59,062 nt of DNA from positions 1 to 59,062 of the forward strand of contig JBEOKB010000041.1 of the NCBI GenBank assembly GCA_040275425.1, written 5' to 3'. A program made the position numbers and the translations under genes. This DNA is from Siculibacillus sp. GTDB taxonomy: Bacteria; Pseudomonadota; Alphaproteobacteria; Rhizobiales; Ancalomicrobiaceae. Shown here piece after piece: positions 42,827 through 52,682 of this stretch (position 1 is the stretch's first letter; every line of letters starts with the position of its first letter). The notes below the pieces were generated by a model that saw only the letters and a program-made list of their open reading frames with translations, ran no database searches and had not been told where the DNA came from.

Positions 42827-43921
42827 ATGAAGAAATGGTCCGCGCTCACCCGTCGCGACGCGATGAAGGGCGCCCTTCTCGGTGCCGCCGCTCTCGTCGT
42901 CGCCGCGCCGTTCGCCTCGCCCGTCGGCGCCGCCGAGAAGCTCAAGGCGGCCTGGGTCTACGTCGGCCCGGTCGGTGACTTCGGCTATTCCTATCAGCAC
43001 GACCAGGGCCGCATCGCCGTCGAGAAGGCGCTGGGCGACAAGGTTCAGACCACCTTCGTCGAGAACGTGCCCGAAGGCCCCGACGCCGAGCGCGTCATCG
43101 AGCGCCTCGCCCGTGAGGGCAACCAGATGATCTTCACCACCTCCTTCGGCTTCATGGACCCGACCCTCAAGGTCGCCAAGAAGTTCCCGAACGTGAAGTT
43201 CGAGCACGCCACCGGCTACAAGCGCGCCGACAACGTCGCCACCTATTCGGCCCGCTTCTACGAAGGCCGTTACGTCATCGGCCAGATCGCCGGCAAGATG
43301 ACCAAGTCGAACACCATCGGCTACATCGTCTCCTTCCCGATCCCGGAGGTCGTCTCCGGCATCAACGCCTTCATGCTCGGCGCCCAGTCGGTCAACCCGA
43401 ACGTCAAGGTCAAGATCGTGTGGGTGAACTCCTGGTACGATCCGGGCAAGGAGGCCGACGCCGCCAAGGTGCTGATCGGCCAGGGCGCCGACGTCCTCAC
43501 CCAGCACACCGACTCCACCGCCCCCCTCCAGGTGGCGAGCGAGAAGGGCATCCTCGGCTTCGGTCAGTCCTCCGACATGGCCAAGTTCGCGCCCAAGGCC
43601 CAGATCACCTCGATCGTCGACGACTGGTCGCACTACTACATCGCCCGCGTGAAGGCCGCCCTCGACGGCTCGTGGAAGGCCGTCGACACCTGGGACGGCA
43701 TGAAGGAGGAGGCGGTCGTGCTTCCGCCGATCGCCAACGTGCCCGCCGACGTCAAGGCCATGGCCGAGAAGACCGCCGCCGACATCAAGTCCGGCGCGCT
43801 CAAGCCCTTCGGCGGCAAGATCACCAAGCAGGACGGCTCCGTGGTCGAGAACCTCGACGACGGCGCGATCCTGTCGATGAACTGGTACGTCAAGGGCATC
43901 GACGACAAGCTGCCGCAGTGA
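42827..43921 (+). CDS. BMP-family ABC substrate-binding protein with Tat-like signal
   Basis: TRRDAMK signal, YVGPVGDFGYSYQHD, TTSFGF, QHTDS. GGAGG RBS. Confidence 0.92.
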   Translation: MKKWSALTRRDAMKGALLGAAALVVAAPFASPVGAAEKLKAAWVYVGPVGDFGYSYQHDQGRIAVEKALGDKVQTTFVENVPEGPDAERVIERLAREGNQMIFTTSFGFMDPTLKVAKKFPNVKFEHATGYKRADNVATYSARFYEGRYVIGQIAGKMTKSNTIGYIVSFPIPEVVSGINAFMLGAQSVNPNVKVKIVWVNSWYDPGKEADAAKVLIGQGADVLTQHTDSTAPLQVASEKGILGFGQSSDMAKFAPKAQITSIVDDWSHYYIARVKAALDGSWKAVDTWDGMKEEAVVLPPIANVPADVKAMAEKTAADIKSGALKPFGGKITKQDGSVVENLDDGAILSMNWYVKGIDDKLPQ

Positions 43922-44029
43922 TGCGCCGGTGAGCGGAGCGGGGAGGGGCCTTGCCCGTCCCCGTGCCCGCGAGAAGACGAGACGGGACCGCCCCGCGGCC
44001 CCGTCACCGCACTGCCGGAGGGATCGCCG

Positions 44030-45208
44030 ATGCTCGCCTACGCCGCCGACTGGATGAACATCCTCACCAGATGGTTCCACCTGATCGTCGGCATCGGCTG
44101 GATCGGCACCTCGTTCTACTTCATCGCCCTCGACGTCTCGTTCCGGAAGGGTCCCGCCACCCCGGCCGACGTCCACGGCACCGCCTGGCTCGTTCACGGC
44201 GGCGGCTTCTATCACGTCGACAAGTACACCGTCGCCCCGCCGCGCCTGCCCGAGGACCTCAAGTGGTACAAGTGGGACGCCTATCTCACCTTCGTCAGCG
44301 GCATCGTGCTGATGGCGGTGCAGTACTGGCTGAGCGCGCGCGCCTACCTGATCGACCCCAAGATCCTGGTGATGGAGCCCTGGGCCGCGATCTCGCTGTC
44401 GATCGGCTCGCTCACCGCCGGCTGGCTCGTCTACGACGGTCTGTGCCGCTCGCCGCTCGGCCGCCACACCCTGGCGCTCGCCGCCGTGGTCTTCGCGCTC
44501 ATCGTCGGCGCCGCCTGGGGCTACACCCACGTCTATTCCGGCCGCGGCGCGCTGATCCACGTCGGAGCCTTCGTCGGCACCATCATGGCCGCCAACGTCT
44601 TCCGCGTGATCATCCCCAACCAGCGCAAGATGGTCGACCAGCTCATCGCCGGCGAGACCCCCGACGGCCGCCTCGGCGCGATCGCCAAGCAGCGCTCGGT
44701 CCACAACACCTATCTGACCCTGCCGGTCCTCCTGATGATGGTGTCGAACCACTATCCGACGCTGACCAATCATCCGCAGTCGTGGCTGCTGGTGGCCCTG
44801 ATCCTGGTGATCGGCGGCCCGACCCGCCACTTCATCGTCCGCCACGAGGCGGGTGATTCGTTGGGCAAGATCCTGTGGGCTCCGGCGATCGCCACGCTCG
44901 GCCTCGTCACCGCCCTGATCCTCACCGCCCCGAAGGCCGCGATCACCTCCGGACGCGCCGTCTCCGACACCGAGATCCTGACGCTGACCGCGAAACACTG
45001 CACCATGTGCCATGCGGTGAAGCCGACCCACGAGAGCTTCACCGAGGCGCCCAAGGGCGTGACGCTGGCCTCGGTCGACGATCTCGTCCGCTTCGCCCCG
45101 TTGATCAGGGTCCAGGCCGTCGACACCGACGCCATGCCGCTCGGCAACGAGACCGGCTTCACCGACGCCGACCGCGCCACGCTCGCCGCCTGGCTCGCCG
45201 CGCACTGA
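44030..45208 (+). CDS. puuD: Membrane urate hydroxylase with cytochrome c domain
   Basis: RWFHLIVGIGWIGTSFYFIALD, VHGGGFY, RSVHNTYLTLPV, SNHYP, C-terminal CTMCH and MPLGN. Confidence 0.92.
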   Translation: MLAYAADWMNILTRWFHLIVGIGWIGTSFYFIALDVSFRKGPATPADVHGTAWLVHGGGFYHVDKYTVAPPRLPEDLKWYKWDAYLTFVSGIVLMAVQYWLSARAYLIDPKILVMEPWAAISLSIGSLTAGWLVYDGLCRSPLGRHTLALAAVVFALIVGAAWGYTHVYSGRGALIHVGAFVGTIMAANVFRVIIPNQRKMVDQLIAGETPDGRLGAIAKQRSVHNTYLTLPVLLMMVSNHYPTLTNHPQSWLLVALILVIGGPTRHFIVRHEAGDSLGKILWAPAIATLGLVTALILTAPKAAITSGRAVSDTEILTLTAKHCTMCHAVKPTHESFTEAPKGVTLASVDDLVRFAPLIRVQAVDTDAMPLGNETGFTDADRATLAAWLAAH

Positions 45209-45225
45209 GGGGAGGGCAGAGCCCC

Positions 45226-45750
45226 GTGTCGTCCGTCGTCGCCCTGACCCTCGCCGAGGTGAACGCCCTCTCGGCCGCCGACTACGTCGCCCGCTTCGGC
45301 GACGTCGCCGAGCACTCGCCCTGGGTGGCCGAGGTCGCCGCCCGCGCCCGCCCCCACGCCTCGCGCGAGGCGATGATCGAGGCCTTCGCCGAAGCCGTCC
45401 GCGTCGCGCCCGAGGAGGCCCGCCTCGCCCTCGTCCGCGCCCACCCCGATCTCGCCGGCAAGGCCGCGCGCGCCGGCGCCATGGCCGAGGATTCGAAGCG
45501 CGAACAGGCCGGGGTCGGTCTCGACACCTTGACGGACGAGGAATTCGCCCGATTTGAACGTCTGAACGACGCCTACCGCGCCAAGTTCGGCTTCCCCTTC
45601 ATCTTCGCCGTCAAGGGCGCGACCAAGACCATGATCCTCGACGCCTTCGAAGCCCGCCTGCCCGACACGCTCGCGGCCGAGTTCGAAACCGCGATCGCTC
45701 AGGTCTCGCGCATCTTCCGCTTCCGCCTCGAGGATCGCGTCGCCCCGTGA
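45226..45750 (+). CDS. uraD: OHCU decarboxylase
   Basis: EHSPWVA, AHPDLAG, S.REQ..AG, Y..KFGFPFI.AVKG. GTG with GGAGG RBS. Confidence 0.92.
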   Translation: MSSVVALTLAEVNALSAADYVARFGDVAEHSPWVAEVAARARPHASREAMIEAFAEAVRVAPEEARLALVRAHPDLAGKAARAGAMAEDSKREQAGVGLDTLTDEEFARFERLNDAYRAKFGFPFIFAVKGATKTMILDAFEARLPDTLAAEFETAIAQVSRIFRFRLEDRVAP

Positions 45751-47033
45751 CCCAAGCCCCCGCCGCCCATCCCTCGAGGGGACGCGCCCCCGACGATCTC
45801 GGCCGCCTCGCCCAGGCGCTGCTCGACGATCTCGGCTCGATCACCGACGAGCCCGGTCGCGTCACCCGCACCTATCTCTCGCCCGCTCACGCCCGCGCCA
45901 TCGACCACGTCGGCGGCTGGATGCGCGCGCGCGGCCTCGCCACCTCGGTCGATGCCGTCGCCACCCTGCGCGGTCGCCGCGAGGCCGACGTCGCCCCCGG
46001 TCACGCCCGCACCCTCTATCTCGGCAGTCACATCGACACGGTGATCGACGCCGGCAGGCTCGACGGTTGCCTCGGCGTCGTCGCCGGCATCCTCGCGGTG
46101 GAGGAGATCGCCCGGCGCGGCGTGAGGCTGCCCTTCGCCCTCGAGATCCTCGCCTTCGGTGACGAGGAGGGTGTGCGCTTCCCCACCGCGCTCTCCGCCT
46201 CTTCCGCCGCCACCGGCACCTATCGGCGCGACTGGCTCGACGTGGTGAGCACCGACGGCATCCGGCTGCGCGACGCGCTCGTCGCCTTCGGCTGCGATCC
46301 CGACGACATCGAATCCGCCCGCATCGACCCCGCCCGCGCGCTCGGCTGGCTGGAGCTGCACATCGAGCAGGGCCCGCAGCTCGAGCACTGGGACGTGCCC
46401 CTCGGCGTCGTCACCTCGATCGCCGGCCAGACCCGCATGGGCATGACCCTCGAGGGCCGTGCCGGCCACGCCGGCACCGTGCCGATGGACCTGCGCCGCG
46501 ATGCGCTGGCCGGGCTCGCCGAGATCGCCCTCACCGTCGAGCGCGTCGGCCGCCAGGGCACCGGCGGGCTGGTCGCCACCGTCGGCCGCGTCGCCGTCTT
46601 CCCCGGCGCCGGCAACACCGTGCCCGGCCGGGTCGAGGCGAGCCTCGACGTGCGCGCCGGCGCCGACACCCCCCGCCTCGTCGCCCTCGACCGCATCGCC
46701 CACGAGGCCGCCCGCATCGCCGAGCGGCGCGGTCTCGCCTTCACGCTCGAACGTCACGTCGACGTGCCGACCTGCCCGATGGACGACCGCCTCCAGAACG
46801 CCTTCGCCCGCGCCGTCGCCTCGCTCGATCTCGACGTTCGCCGTCTGCCCTCCGGCGCCGGTCACGACGCCATGGCCATGGCCCGCGTCATGCCCGCCGC
46901 CATGCTGTTCGTGCGCTCCCAGGGCGGCATCAGTCACAATCCGGCCGAATGGTCGGAGCCGCTCGACATCGGCCTCGGCGTCGAGGCGCTGATCCGCGCG
47001 ATCGTCCTCCTCGCCGAGGAGGAGGGGCGATGA
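45747..47033 (+). CDS. Allantoate amidohydrolase (M20, AllC/HpxK-like)
   Basis: GSHIDTV, DGCLGV, DEEGVRF, ELHIEQGP, GHAGTVPM, SGAGHDA, GISHNP. Confidence 0.87.
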   Translation: MTQAPAAHPSRGRAPDDLGRLAQALLDDLGSITDEPGRVTRTYLSPAHARAIDHVGGWMRARGLATSVDAVATLRGRREADVAPGHARTLYLGSHIDTVIDAGRLDGCLGVVAGILAVEEIARRGVRLPFALEILAFGDEEGVRFPTALSASSAATGTYRRDWLDVVSTDGIRLRDALVAFGCDPDDIESARIDPARALGWLELHIEQGPQLEHWDVPLGVVTSIAGQTRMGMTLEGRAGHAGTVPMDLRRDALAGLAEIALTVERVGRQGTGGLVATVGRVAVFPGAGNTVPGRVEASLDVRAGADTPRLVALDRIAHEAARIAERRGLAFTLERHVDVPTCPMDDRLQNAFARAVASLDLDVRRLPSGAGHDAMAMARVMPAAMLFVRSQGGISHNPAEWSEPLDIGLGVEALIRAIVLLAEEEGR

Positions 47034-48346
47034 CCGTCGTCCACCTCGCCGCCACCCTCTCGTTCCGCGACGACCCGGCCCGCGCCGCCGATGCCGTGGA
47101 GTTCCACCGGAAGGGCGCGGTGGTGGTCGGCGACGACGGCCGCATCCTCTTCTCCGGTCCCGCTGCCGCTCTGCCCACCGCCCACGCCCGCGCCGAGCGC
47201 CGCGACCACGGCGATCTGATCCTCGCCCCCGGCTTCGTCGACACCCATGCCCACTTCCCGCAGTGGCGCATGCTCGCCGCCCCCGGCCGCGACCTGCTCG
47301 AATGGCTGGAGCGCTTCACCTTCGCCGAGGAGGCGCGCTACGCCGTCCATGCCCACGCCGCCCACGCCGCCGAGGTCTTCCTCGATCGCCTGATCGAGAA
47401 CGGCACCACCTGCGTCGCCGCCTATTCGTCGTCCCATGCGGTCGCCGCCGATGCCCTCTTCGCCGAGGCCGAACGGCGCGGCATGGCCATCGCCACCGGC
47501 AAGACGCTGATGGACCGCGCCTGTCCCGACGCCGTCGCCGATCATCCCGAGCGCGGCATCGAGGAGAGCGCCGCCCTGATCGCACGCTGGCACGGTCGCG
47601 GCCGCGCCCTCTACGCCGTCACGCCGCGTTTCGCGATCACCTCGACCGAGACCCAGCTCCGCCTCGCCGGCGAGCTGCTCGCCGCCGAGCCCACCTGCCT
47701 GATGCAGACCCACCTCTCGGAGAGCGCCCGCGAGATCGAAACCGTCCGCGCCCTCTTCCCCTGGGCGGCGAGCTACACCGACGTCTACGACCGCTTCGGC
47801 CTCACCGGCCCGCGCTCGCTGTTCGGCCATGCGATCCATCTCGACGCGACCGAGCTGCGCCTCCTGTCGCAGAGCGGTTCGGTCGCCGTCCACTGCCCGA
47901 CCTCCAATCTCTTCCTCGGCTCGGGCCTGTTCGATCTCGCCGCGATGGACGAGCCCGATCGTCCGATCCGCGTCGCGCTCGCCACCGACGTCGGCGGCGG
48001 CACCTCCTTCTCGATGCTGGCGACCCAGGGTCGCGCCGTCGAGATCGCCCGCCTGCGCGGCGCCGACCTCACCGCCACCCGCGCCATGTATCTCGCCACT
48101 CGCGGCGGCGCCCGCGCCCTCGGCCTCGACGCCGAGCTCGGCTCGCTCGCCCCCGGCCGCTTCGCCGACATGATCCTGATCGATCCGCGCGCCACGCCCG
48201 TACTGGCCGCGCGCGACGACCTCTCCGAAACCCTCGAGGACCGCCTGTTCGCCCTGGCGATCCTCGGCGACGAACGGGCGATCGCCGCCACCTTCGTCGC
48301 CGGACGCGAACTTCACCGCCGAACCCCGACCCAAGGCCGCCCATGA
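47030..48346 (+). CDS. guaD: Guanine deaminase
   Basis: PGFVDTHAHFPQ, LLEWL, TPRFA, QTHLSE, HCPTSNLFLGSG, TDVGGG. Confidence 0.93.
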   Translation: MTVVHLAATLSFRDDPARAADAVEFHRKGAVVVGDDGRILFSGPAAALPTAHARAERRDHGDLILAPGFVDTHAHFPQWRMLAAPGRDLLEWLERFTFAEEARYAVHAHAAHAAEVFLDRLIENGTTCVAAYSSSHAVAADALFAEAERRGMAIATGKTLMDRACPDAVADHPERGIEESAALIARWHGRGRALYAVTPRFAITSTETQLRLAGELLAAEPTCLMQTHLSESAREIETVRALFPWAASYTDVYDRFGLTGPRSLFGHAIHLDATELRLLSQSGSVAVHCPTSNLFLGSGLFDLAAMDEPDRPIRVALATDVGGGTSFSMLATQGRAVEIARLRGADLTATRAMYLATRGGARALGLDAELGSLAPGRFADMILIDPRATPVLAARDDLSETLEDRLFALAILGDERAIAATFVAGRELHRRTPTQGRP

Positions 48347-49572
48347 CCCTCGACGCCGCTCGCATCTCCGCCCTGGTCGACGCCCGTTTCGCCGAGGAGG
48401 TCGCCCTCGTCGCCGAACTGGTGAAGTGCCCGTCCGACAACCCGCCCGGCGACTGCGCCCGCCATGCCGAAGTGACCGCCGCCGCGCTCGAGCGTCTCGG
48501 CTTCGTCGTCGAGCGCCACCCGGTGCCCGAGGCGCTGGTGCGCGCCAACGGCATGATCTCCGCCACCAACATCGTCGCCCGCCGCGCCTTCGGTGAGGGC
48601 GGCCCGGTGATCGCCCTCAACGCCCACGGCGACGTCGTCCCCCCCGGCGAGGGCTGGACCGCCGACCCCTACGGCGCCGAGATCCGCGACGGCTGGATGT
48701 ACGGTCGCGGCGTCGCCGTGTCGAAGTGCGACTTCGCCACCTACGCCTTCGCCATTCTCGCGCTGGAGCAGGCCGGAGTGCCCCTGAACGGCACGCTGGA
48801 GATCCACGGCACCTGGGACGAGGAGGCGGGCGGCGAGATCGGCCCGAAGTGGCTGCTCGACGAGGGAGTCGTCAAGCCGACCCATGCGATCGCCGCCGGC
48901 TTCTCCTATGCGGTGGTCGACGCCCACAACGGCTGCCTCCACCTCGAGATCACCGTCGAGGGCAAGTCGGCCCATGCCGCCATTCCCTTCACCGGCGTCG
49001 ACGCGCTGGAAGCCGCCACCGGCGTGCTCGCCGCGCTCTACGCCTTCCGCAAGTCGCTCGCCGCCACCGTCTCGGCGACGCCGGGCATCGGCAGCCCCCA
49101 ACTCACCGTCGGCCTGATCTCGGGCGGCATCAACACCAACGTCGTCCCCGACAAGGTGACGCTCCGCCTCGATCGCCGCATGATCCCGGAGGAGAGCCCG
49201 GAAGCGGTCGAAGCCGAGCTGCGCGGCGTGATCGAGGGCGCGATGCGCGCCTACCCGGCCGCGCGTGTGCGTGTCGAACGCATTCTGCTCGCCCGCCCGC
49301 TCACCCCGCTCGAAGGCTCGGAGAAGCTGTCGGCGGCGCTGACCAGGCGCGCGAGCGAGGTCTTCGGCGAGGCGATCGGCGTCAAGGGCGTGCCGCTCTA
49401 CACCGACGCCCGCCACTATTCCGACGCCGGGGTGCCGATCGTCCTCTACGGCGCCGGTCCTCGCACCATCACCGAGGCCAACGCCCACCGCGCCGACGAG
49501 CGCCTGCCGCTCGAGGATCTGAGGAAGGCGACCGTGGCGGTGGCCCTGGCGCTCGGCGATCTGCTCGGCTGA
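48343..49572 (+). CDS. M20 family (ArgE/DapE-like) metallohydrolase, substrate unknown
   Basis: NAHGDVVP, YGRG, DEEAGG, AHAA, NVVPD, NAH. ATGA-coupled to guaD. Confidence 0.85.
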   Translation: MTLDAARISALVDARFAEEVALVAELVKCPSDNPPGDCARHAEVTAAALERLGFVVERHPVPEALVRANGMISATNIVARRAFGEGGPVIALNAHGDVVPPGEGWTADPYGAEIRDGWMYGRGVAVSKCDFATYAFAILALEQAGVPLNGTLEIHGTWDEEAGGEIGPKWLLDEGVVKPTHAIAAGFSYAVVDAHNGCLHLEITVEGKSAHAAIPFTGVDALEAATGVLAALYAFRKSLAATVSATPGIGSPQLTVGLISGGINTNVVPDKVTLRLDRRMIPEESPEAVEAELRGVIEGAMRAYPAARVRVERILLARPLTPLEGSEKLSAALTRRASEVFGEAIGVKGVPLYTDARHYSDAGVPIVLYGAGPRTITEANAHRADERLPLEDLRKATVAVALALGDLLG

Positions 49573-49726
49573 GGGCGACGTCGTGGGGTGCAAGGAGCGA
49601 AGCGAATTGCACCATTTCGGCGAGACGTCGTGTCCGACGACACTCGCGCCTCGCCCCATCGGCTTCCGTTTCGGTGCGATACGGCTCCGCTCATTGCACC
49701 CTTGTAAGAACGACCTCGGCTATGAT

Positions 49727-49905
49727 GGCTTCGTTCCGAGAGGAATGCCCTACCGTGAATGACCGTTCCCGGCAGGGCGGCTGGCGATCGGATCGCTTGC
49801 ACCCTGAGCCGCCTCGTGGCTGCCCCGTAGCGTGATCGCACCAGCTTCTTCATCGGACCCGGATCGGTTGACTGAACAACCTGGTTCGCTTCACGAGGTC
49901 GGGTC
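49727..49905 (+). ncRNA. Candidate IS110 bridge RNA in the left non-coding end
   Basis: ~190-nt non-coding leader before the transposase, starting after a TATGAT -10-like box, with short segments resembling the element ends. Not folded computationally. Confidence 0.5.
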
Positions 49906-50049
49906 GACGAAGATGACGAACAGTACCACGCTCACCGCAGGAATCGATGCGTCCAAAGCCAAGCTCGACATCGCCGTTCCCGATGCCGGACTGGCCTGGA
50001 CCGTCGCCGATACCATCGAAGGCCGGGCCGCGCTGGCCCGCCGTCTCGC

Positions 50050-50089
50050 CGAGATCGCCGTCGCGCGCGCGAGATCGCCGTCGCGCGCG
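50050..50089 (+). repeat. 20-bp tandem duplication
   Basis: CGAGATCGCCGTCGCGCGCG x2. Confidence 0.95.
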
Positions 50090-50279
50090 TCGGCATCGAG
50101 GCGTCGGGCGGCTACGAGCGCGGCGTGATCGACGCCCTGCGCGCCGAGGGCTTCGACGTGCGCCTCCTTCAACCGGCGCAGGTCGAGTTCTTCGCCCGCA
50201 TGAAACTCCGCCGCGCCAAGAACGATCGCCTCGATGCCGAGACGATCGCTCGGGCAGCGGAGTTGATCGAGCCGAACGC

Positions 50280-50299
50280 GATCGAACCCGATCGAACCC
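50280..50299 (+). repeat. 10-bp tandem duplication
   Basis: GATCGAACCC x2. Confidence 0.93.
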
Positions 50300-50882
50300 G
50301 ATCCGTTCCTCACCGAATGTGCGGACCATCTCACCTGTGTCGAACAGGTCGAGGAAGACATCGCTCGACTGAAGATCCGCCTCGAACATCTTCGCGATCC
50401 GCGCCTCGTCGCACAGGTGCGGGCCGACATCCTCGACCTGAAGCGACGGCGGAAGCAGGAGCTCGCCCGTCTCGCGGCGGCGCTGCGGACCCGGGCCGAT
50501 CTCGCCCGTCGGCTCGAGCTGGTCGCCTCGGTGCCCGGGATCGGTGACCGCACCGCGATCACCCTGATCGTCCGCATGCCGGAGCTCGGCCGGCTCGACC
50601 GTGAACAGATCGCCTCGCTGGCCGGTCTGGCGCCGTTCGACGACGACAGCGGCGCCCGCCACATCGCCGGCGGCCGCGCACGCGTGCGGAAATCCCTCTT
50701 CGCCGCCGCCTTCCACTGGAACGACGCCCTGATCGCCCTCTACGCCCGGCTCCGAGAGCGCGGCAAACCCTTCCACGTCGCCCTGGTCGCCTGCGCCCGC
50801 AAGCTCCTCACCTACGCCAACGCCGTCGTCGGAAGAGACACCCCGTGGGTGAAGAACGCGGCGCTTTCATAGTTGCTACGGG

Positions 50883-52571
50883 TCACCCCTTCTTCGCCAA
50901 CGCGCCCTCGCGCAGTTTGGCCAGCGTCGTGCGCGGGGTGATCGCCTCCGGGTCGGTGAGGACGTGGATCAGCGCCGGTCCGCCGCACGCCACCGCCGCG
51001 TCGAACGCCGGTCCGAATTCCTCGCTCGTGGTGACCGTCGCCGCGAACGCTCCGTGCGCGCGGGCGATCGCCGCGAAGTCCGGGTTGTCGAGCCGGGTCG
51101 CATGGACCCGCGCCGGGAACTCGCGCTCCTGGTGCATGCGGATGGTCCCCCAGATGCCGTTGTCGAACAGCACCACCACCACCGCCGCGCCGAACTGGCA
51201 GGCGGTGGCGAACTCTTGGCTGGTCATCTGGAAACAACCGTCGCCGACCAGCGCCACCACCACCCGTTCGGGGAAGGTGAGCTTGGCGGCGATCGCCGCC
51301 GGCAGGCCGTAGCCCATGGTGCCGGAGATCGGCGAGGCCTGGGTCGCCCAGCGGCGGAACCGCCAGAACCGATGCAGCCAGATCGAATAGTTGCCCGCGC
51401 CGGTGGTCATGATCGCGTCGTCCGGCAGCACCGCGCGCAGGTGGCCCCACACCTCGGCCATCTGCACAGCGCCGGGATTGGGCGGGATCACCTCCGACCA
51501 CGCGAGATAGTCCGCCCGCGCGGCCGCGCGCCACGCCTCCCACGCCACCCCGGCCGGGGGCGGCTCCAGGCTCTCGGCCGCGGCGGCGAAGGCGGCCGGG
51601 CTCGCATGGATCGCCAGATCCGGGCGATAGACCCGCCCCAGCTCCTCGGCCTGGGCATGGACGTGGACGAGGCTCTGCGCCGGGAACGGAATGTCGAGGA
51701 GCGTGTAGCTCTGGCTCGGCATCTCTGCCATCCGCCCGCCGATCAGCAGCACGAGGTCGGACGCCTTGATCCGCGCCTCCAGCGCCGGATTGATGCCGAT
51801 GCCGACGTCGCCGGCGTAGTGGCCGTCGGTGTGGTCGAACAGCATCTGCCGCCGGAACGAACAGGCGACCGGCAGATCGAACTTCTCGGCGAAGCGCGCG
51901 AACTGGCGACGAGCCTTCTCGCTCCAGCGCGAGCCGCCGAGAATGGCGATCGGCCGCTCCGCCGCCCACAGCCGCTTCTGCAGATCCCACATCAGGTGCG
52001 GCCCGGGATGGGTGTCGACGATCGGCGCGGGGCGGATCTCCGTCGGCGCCTCGACCTCCTCCGGCAGCACGTCCTCGGGCAGCACCAGCACCACCGGTCC
52101 CGGCCGCCCCGACGTCGCCACCGCGAAGGCGCGGTTGACCATCTCCACCATCCGGCTCGCGTCCTCGACCTCGGCCACCCACTTGGCGATCGAGCCGAAC
52201 ACCTTGCGGAAGTCCATCTCCTGGAACGCGCCGCGCTCGCGGAAGGAGCGCTCGATCTGGCCGATGAACAGGATCATCGGCGTGGAATCGTGCTCGGCGA
52301 CGTGCAGCCCGGCCGCCGCGTTGGTGGCGCCCGGCGCGCGCGTGACCATGCAGATGCCCGGTCTGCCGGTGAGCTTGGCCGAGGCCTCGGCCATGAACGC
52401 CGCGCCCGATTCCTGGCGCGCGGTCACGGTGGCGATCGAGCTGTCGCCGAGCGCGTCGATCACCGCCAGATAGCTCTCGCCCGGCACCAGGAACACCCGC
52501 TCGACGCCGTTGGCCTCCAGCGTGTCGACCAGCAACCGTGCCGCGCTGCGCTTCTCCGGGACCCGCGTCAT
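50883..52571 (-). CDS. Thiamine-pyrophosphate-binding enzyme (acetolactate synthase large subunit-like)
   Basis: VPGES, RQESGA, GRPGPV, GTMGYGLP, GDGCFQM..DNG TPP motif. AGGAG RBS. Confidence 0.9.
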   Translation of the reverse strand: MTRVPEKRSAARLLVDTLEANGVERVFLVPGESYLAVIDALGDSSIATVTARQESGAAFMAEASAKLTGRPGICMVTRAPGATNAAAGLHVAEHDSTPMILFIGQIERSFRERGAFQEMDFRKVFGSIAKWVAEVEDASRMVEMVNRAFAVATSGRPGPVVLVLPEDVLPEEVEAPTEIRPAPIVDTHPGPHLMWDLQKRLWAAERPIAILGGSRWSEKARRQFARFAEKFDLPVACSFRRQMLFDHTDGHYAGDVGIGINPALEARIKASDLVLLIGGRMAEMPSQSYTLLDIPFPAQSLVHVHAQAEELGRVYRPDLAIHASPAAFAAAAESLEPPPAGVAWEAWRAAARADYLAWSEVIPPNPGAVQMAEVWGHLRAVLPDDAIMTTGAGNYSIWLHRFWRFRRWATQASPISGTMGYGLPAAIAAKLTFPERVVVALVGDGCFQMTSQEFATACQFGAAVVVVLFDNGIWGTIRMHQEREFPARVHATRLDNPDFAAIARAHGAFAATVTTSEEFGPAFDAAVACGGPALIHVLTDPEAITPRTTLAKLREGALAKKG

Positions 52572-52682
52572 GAACGATCTCCTCTCGATGGACGATCGGT
52601 CATCTCACGCCTGGAGCGGTGAAAAAAGGGGGGTGGCGCGATGCCGCCATGCAGCGTCGCCGCCGATCGGCGCCGACACGCG

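Larger units (their letters stand above)
49913..50872 (+). pseudogene. IS110 DEDD transposase/recombinase, frameshifted
   Basis: GIDASK, IEASGGYE, AKNDRLDA, SVPGIG, AGLAPFDDDSG, GGRARVR, VACARKLL spread over three frames; broken by 20-bp and 10-bp tandem duplications. Confidence 0.9.
49720..50877 (+). mobile_element. IS110-family insertion sequence (decayed)
   Basis: IS110 transposase remnant, no terminal inverted repeats, inferred CT core at both ends (..GG-CT-ATGAT at left, ..AGTTG-CT-ACG at right). Boundaries are inferred. Confidence 0.75.
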
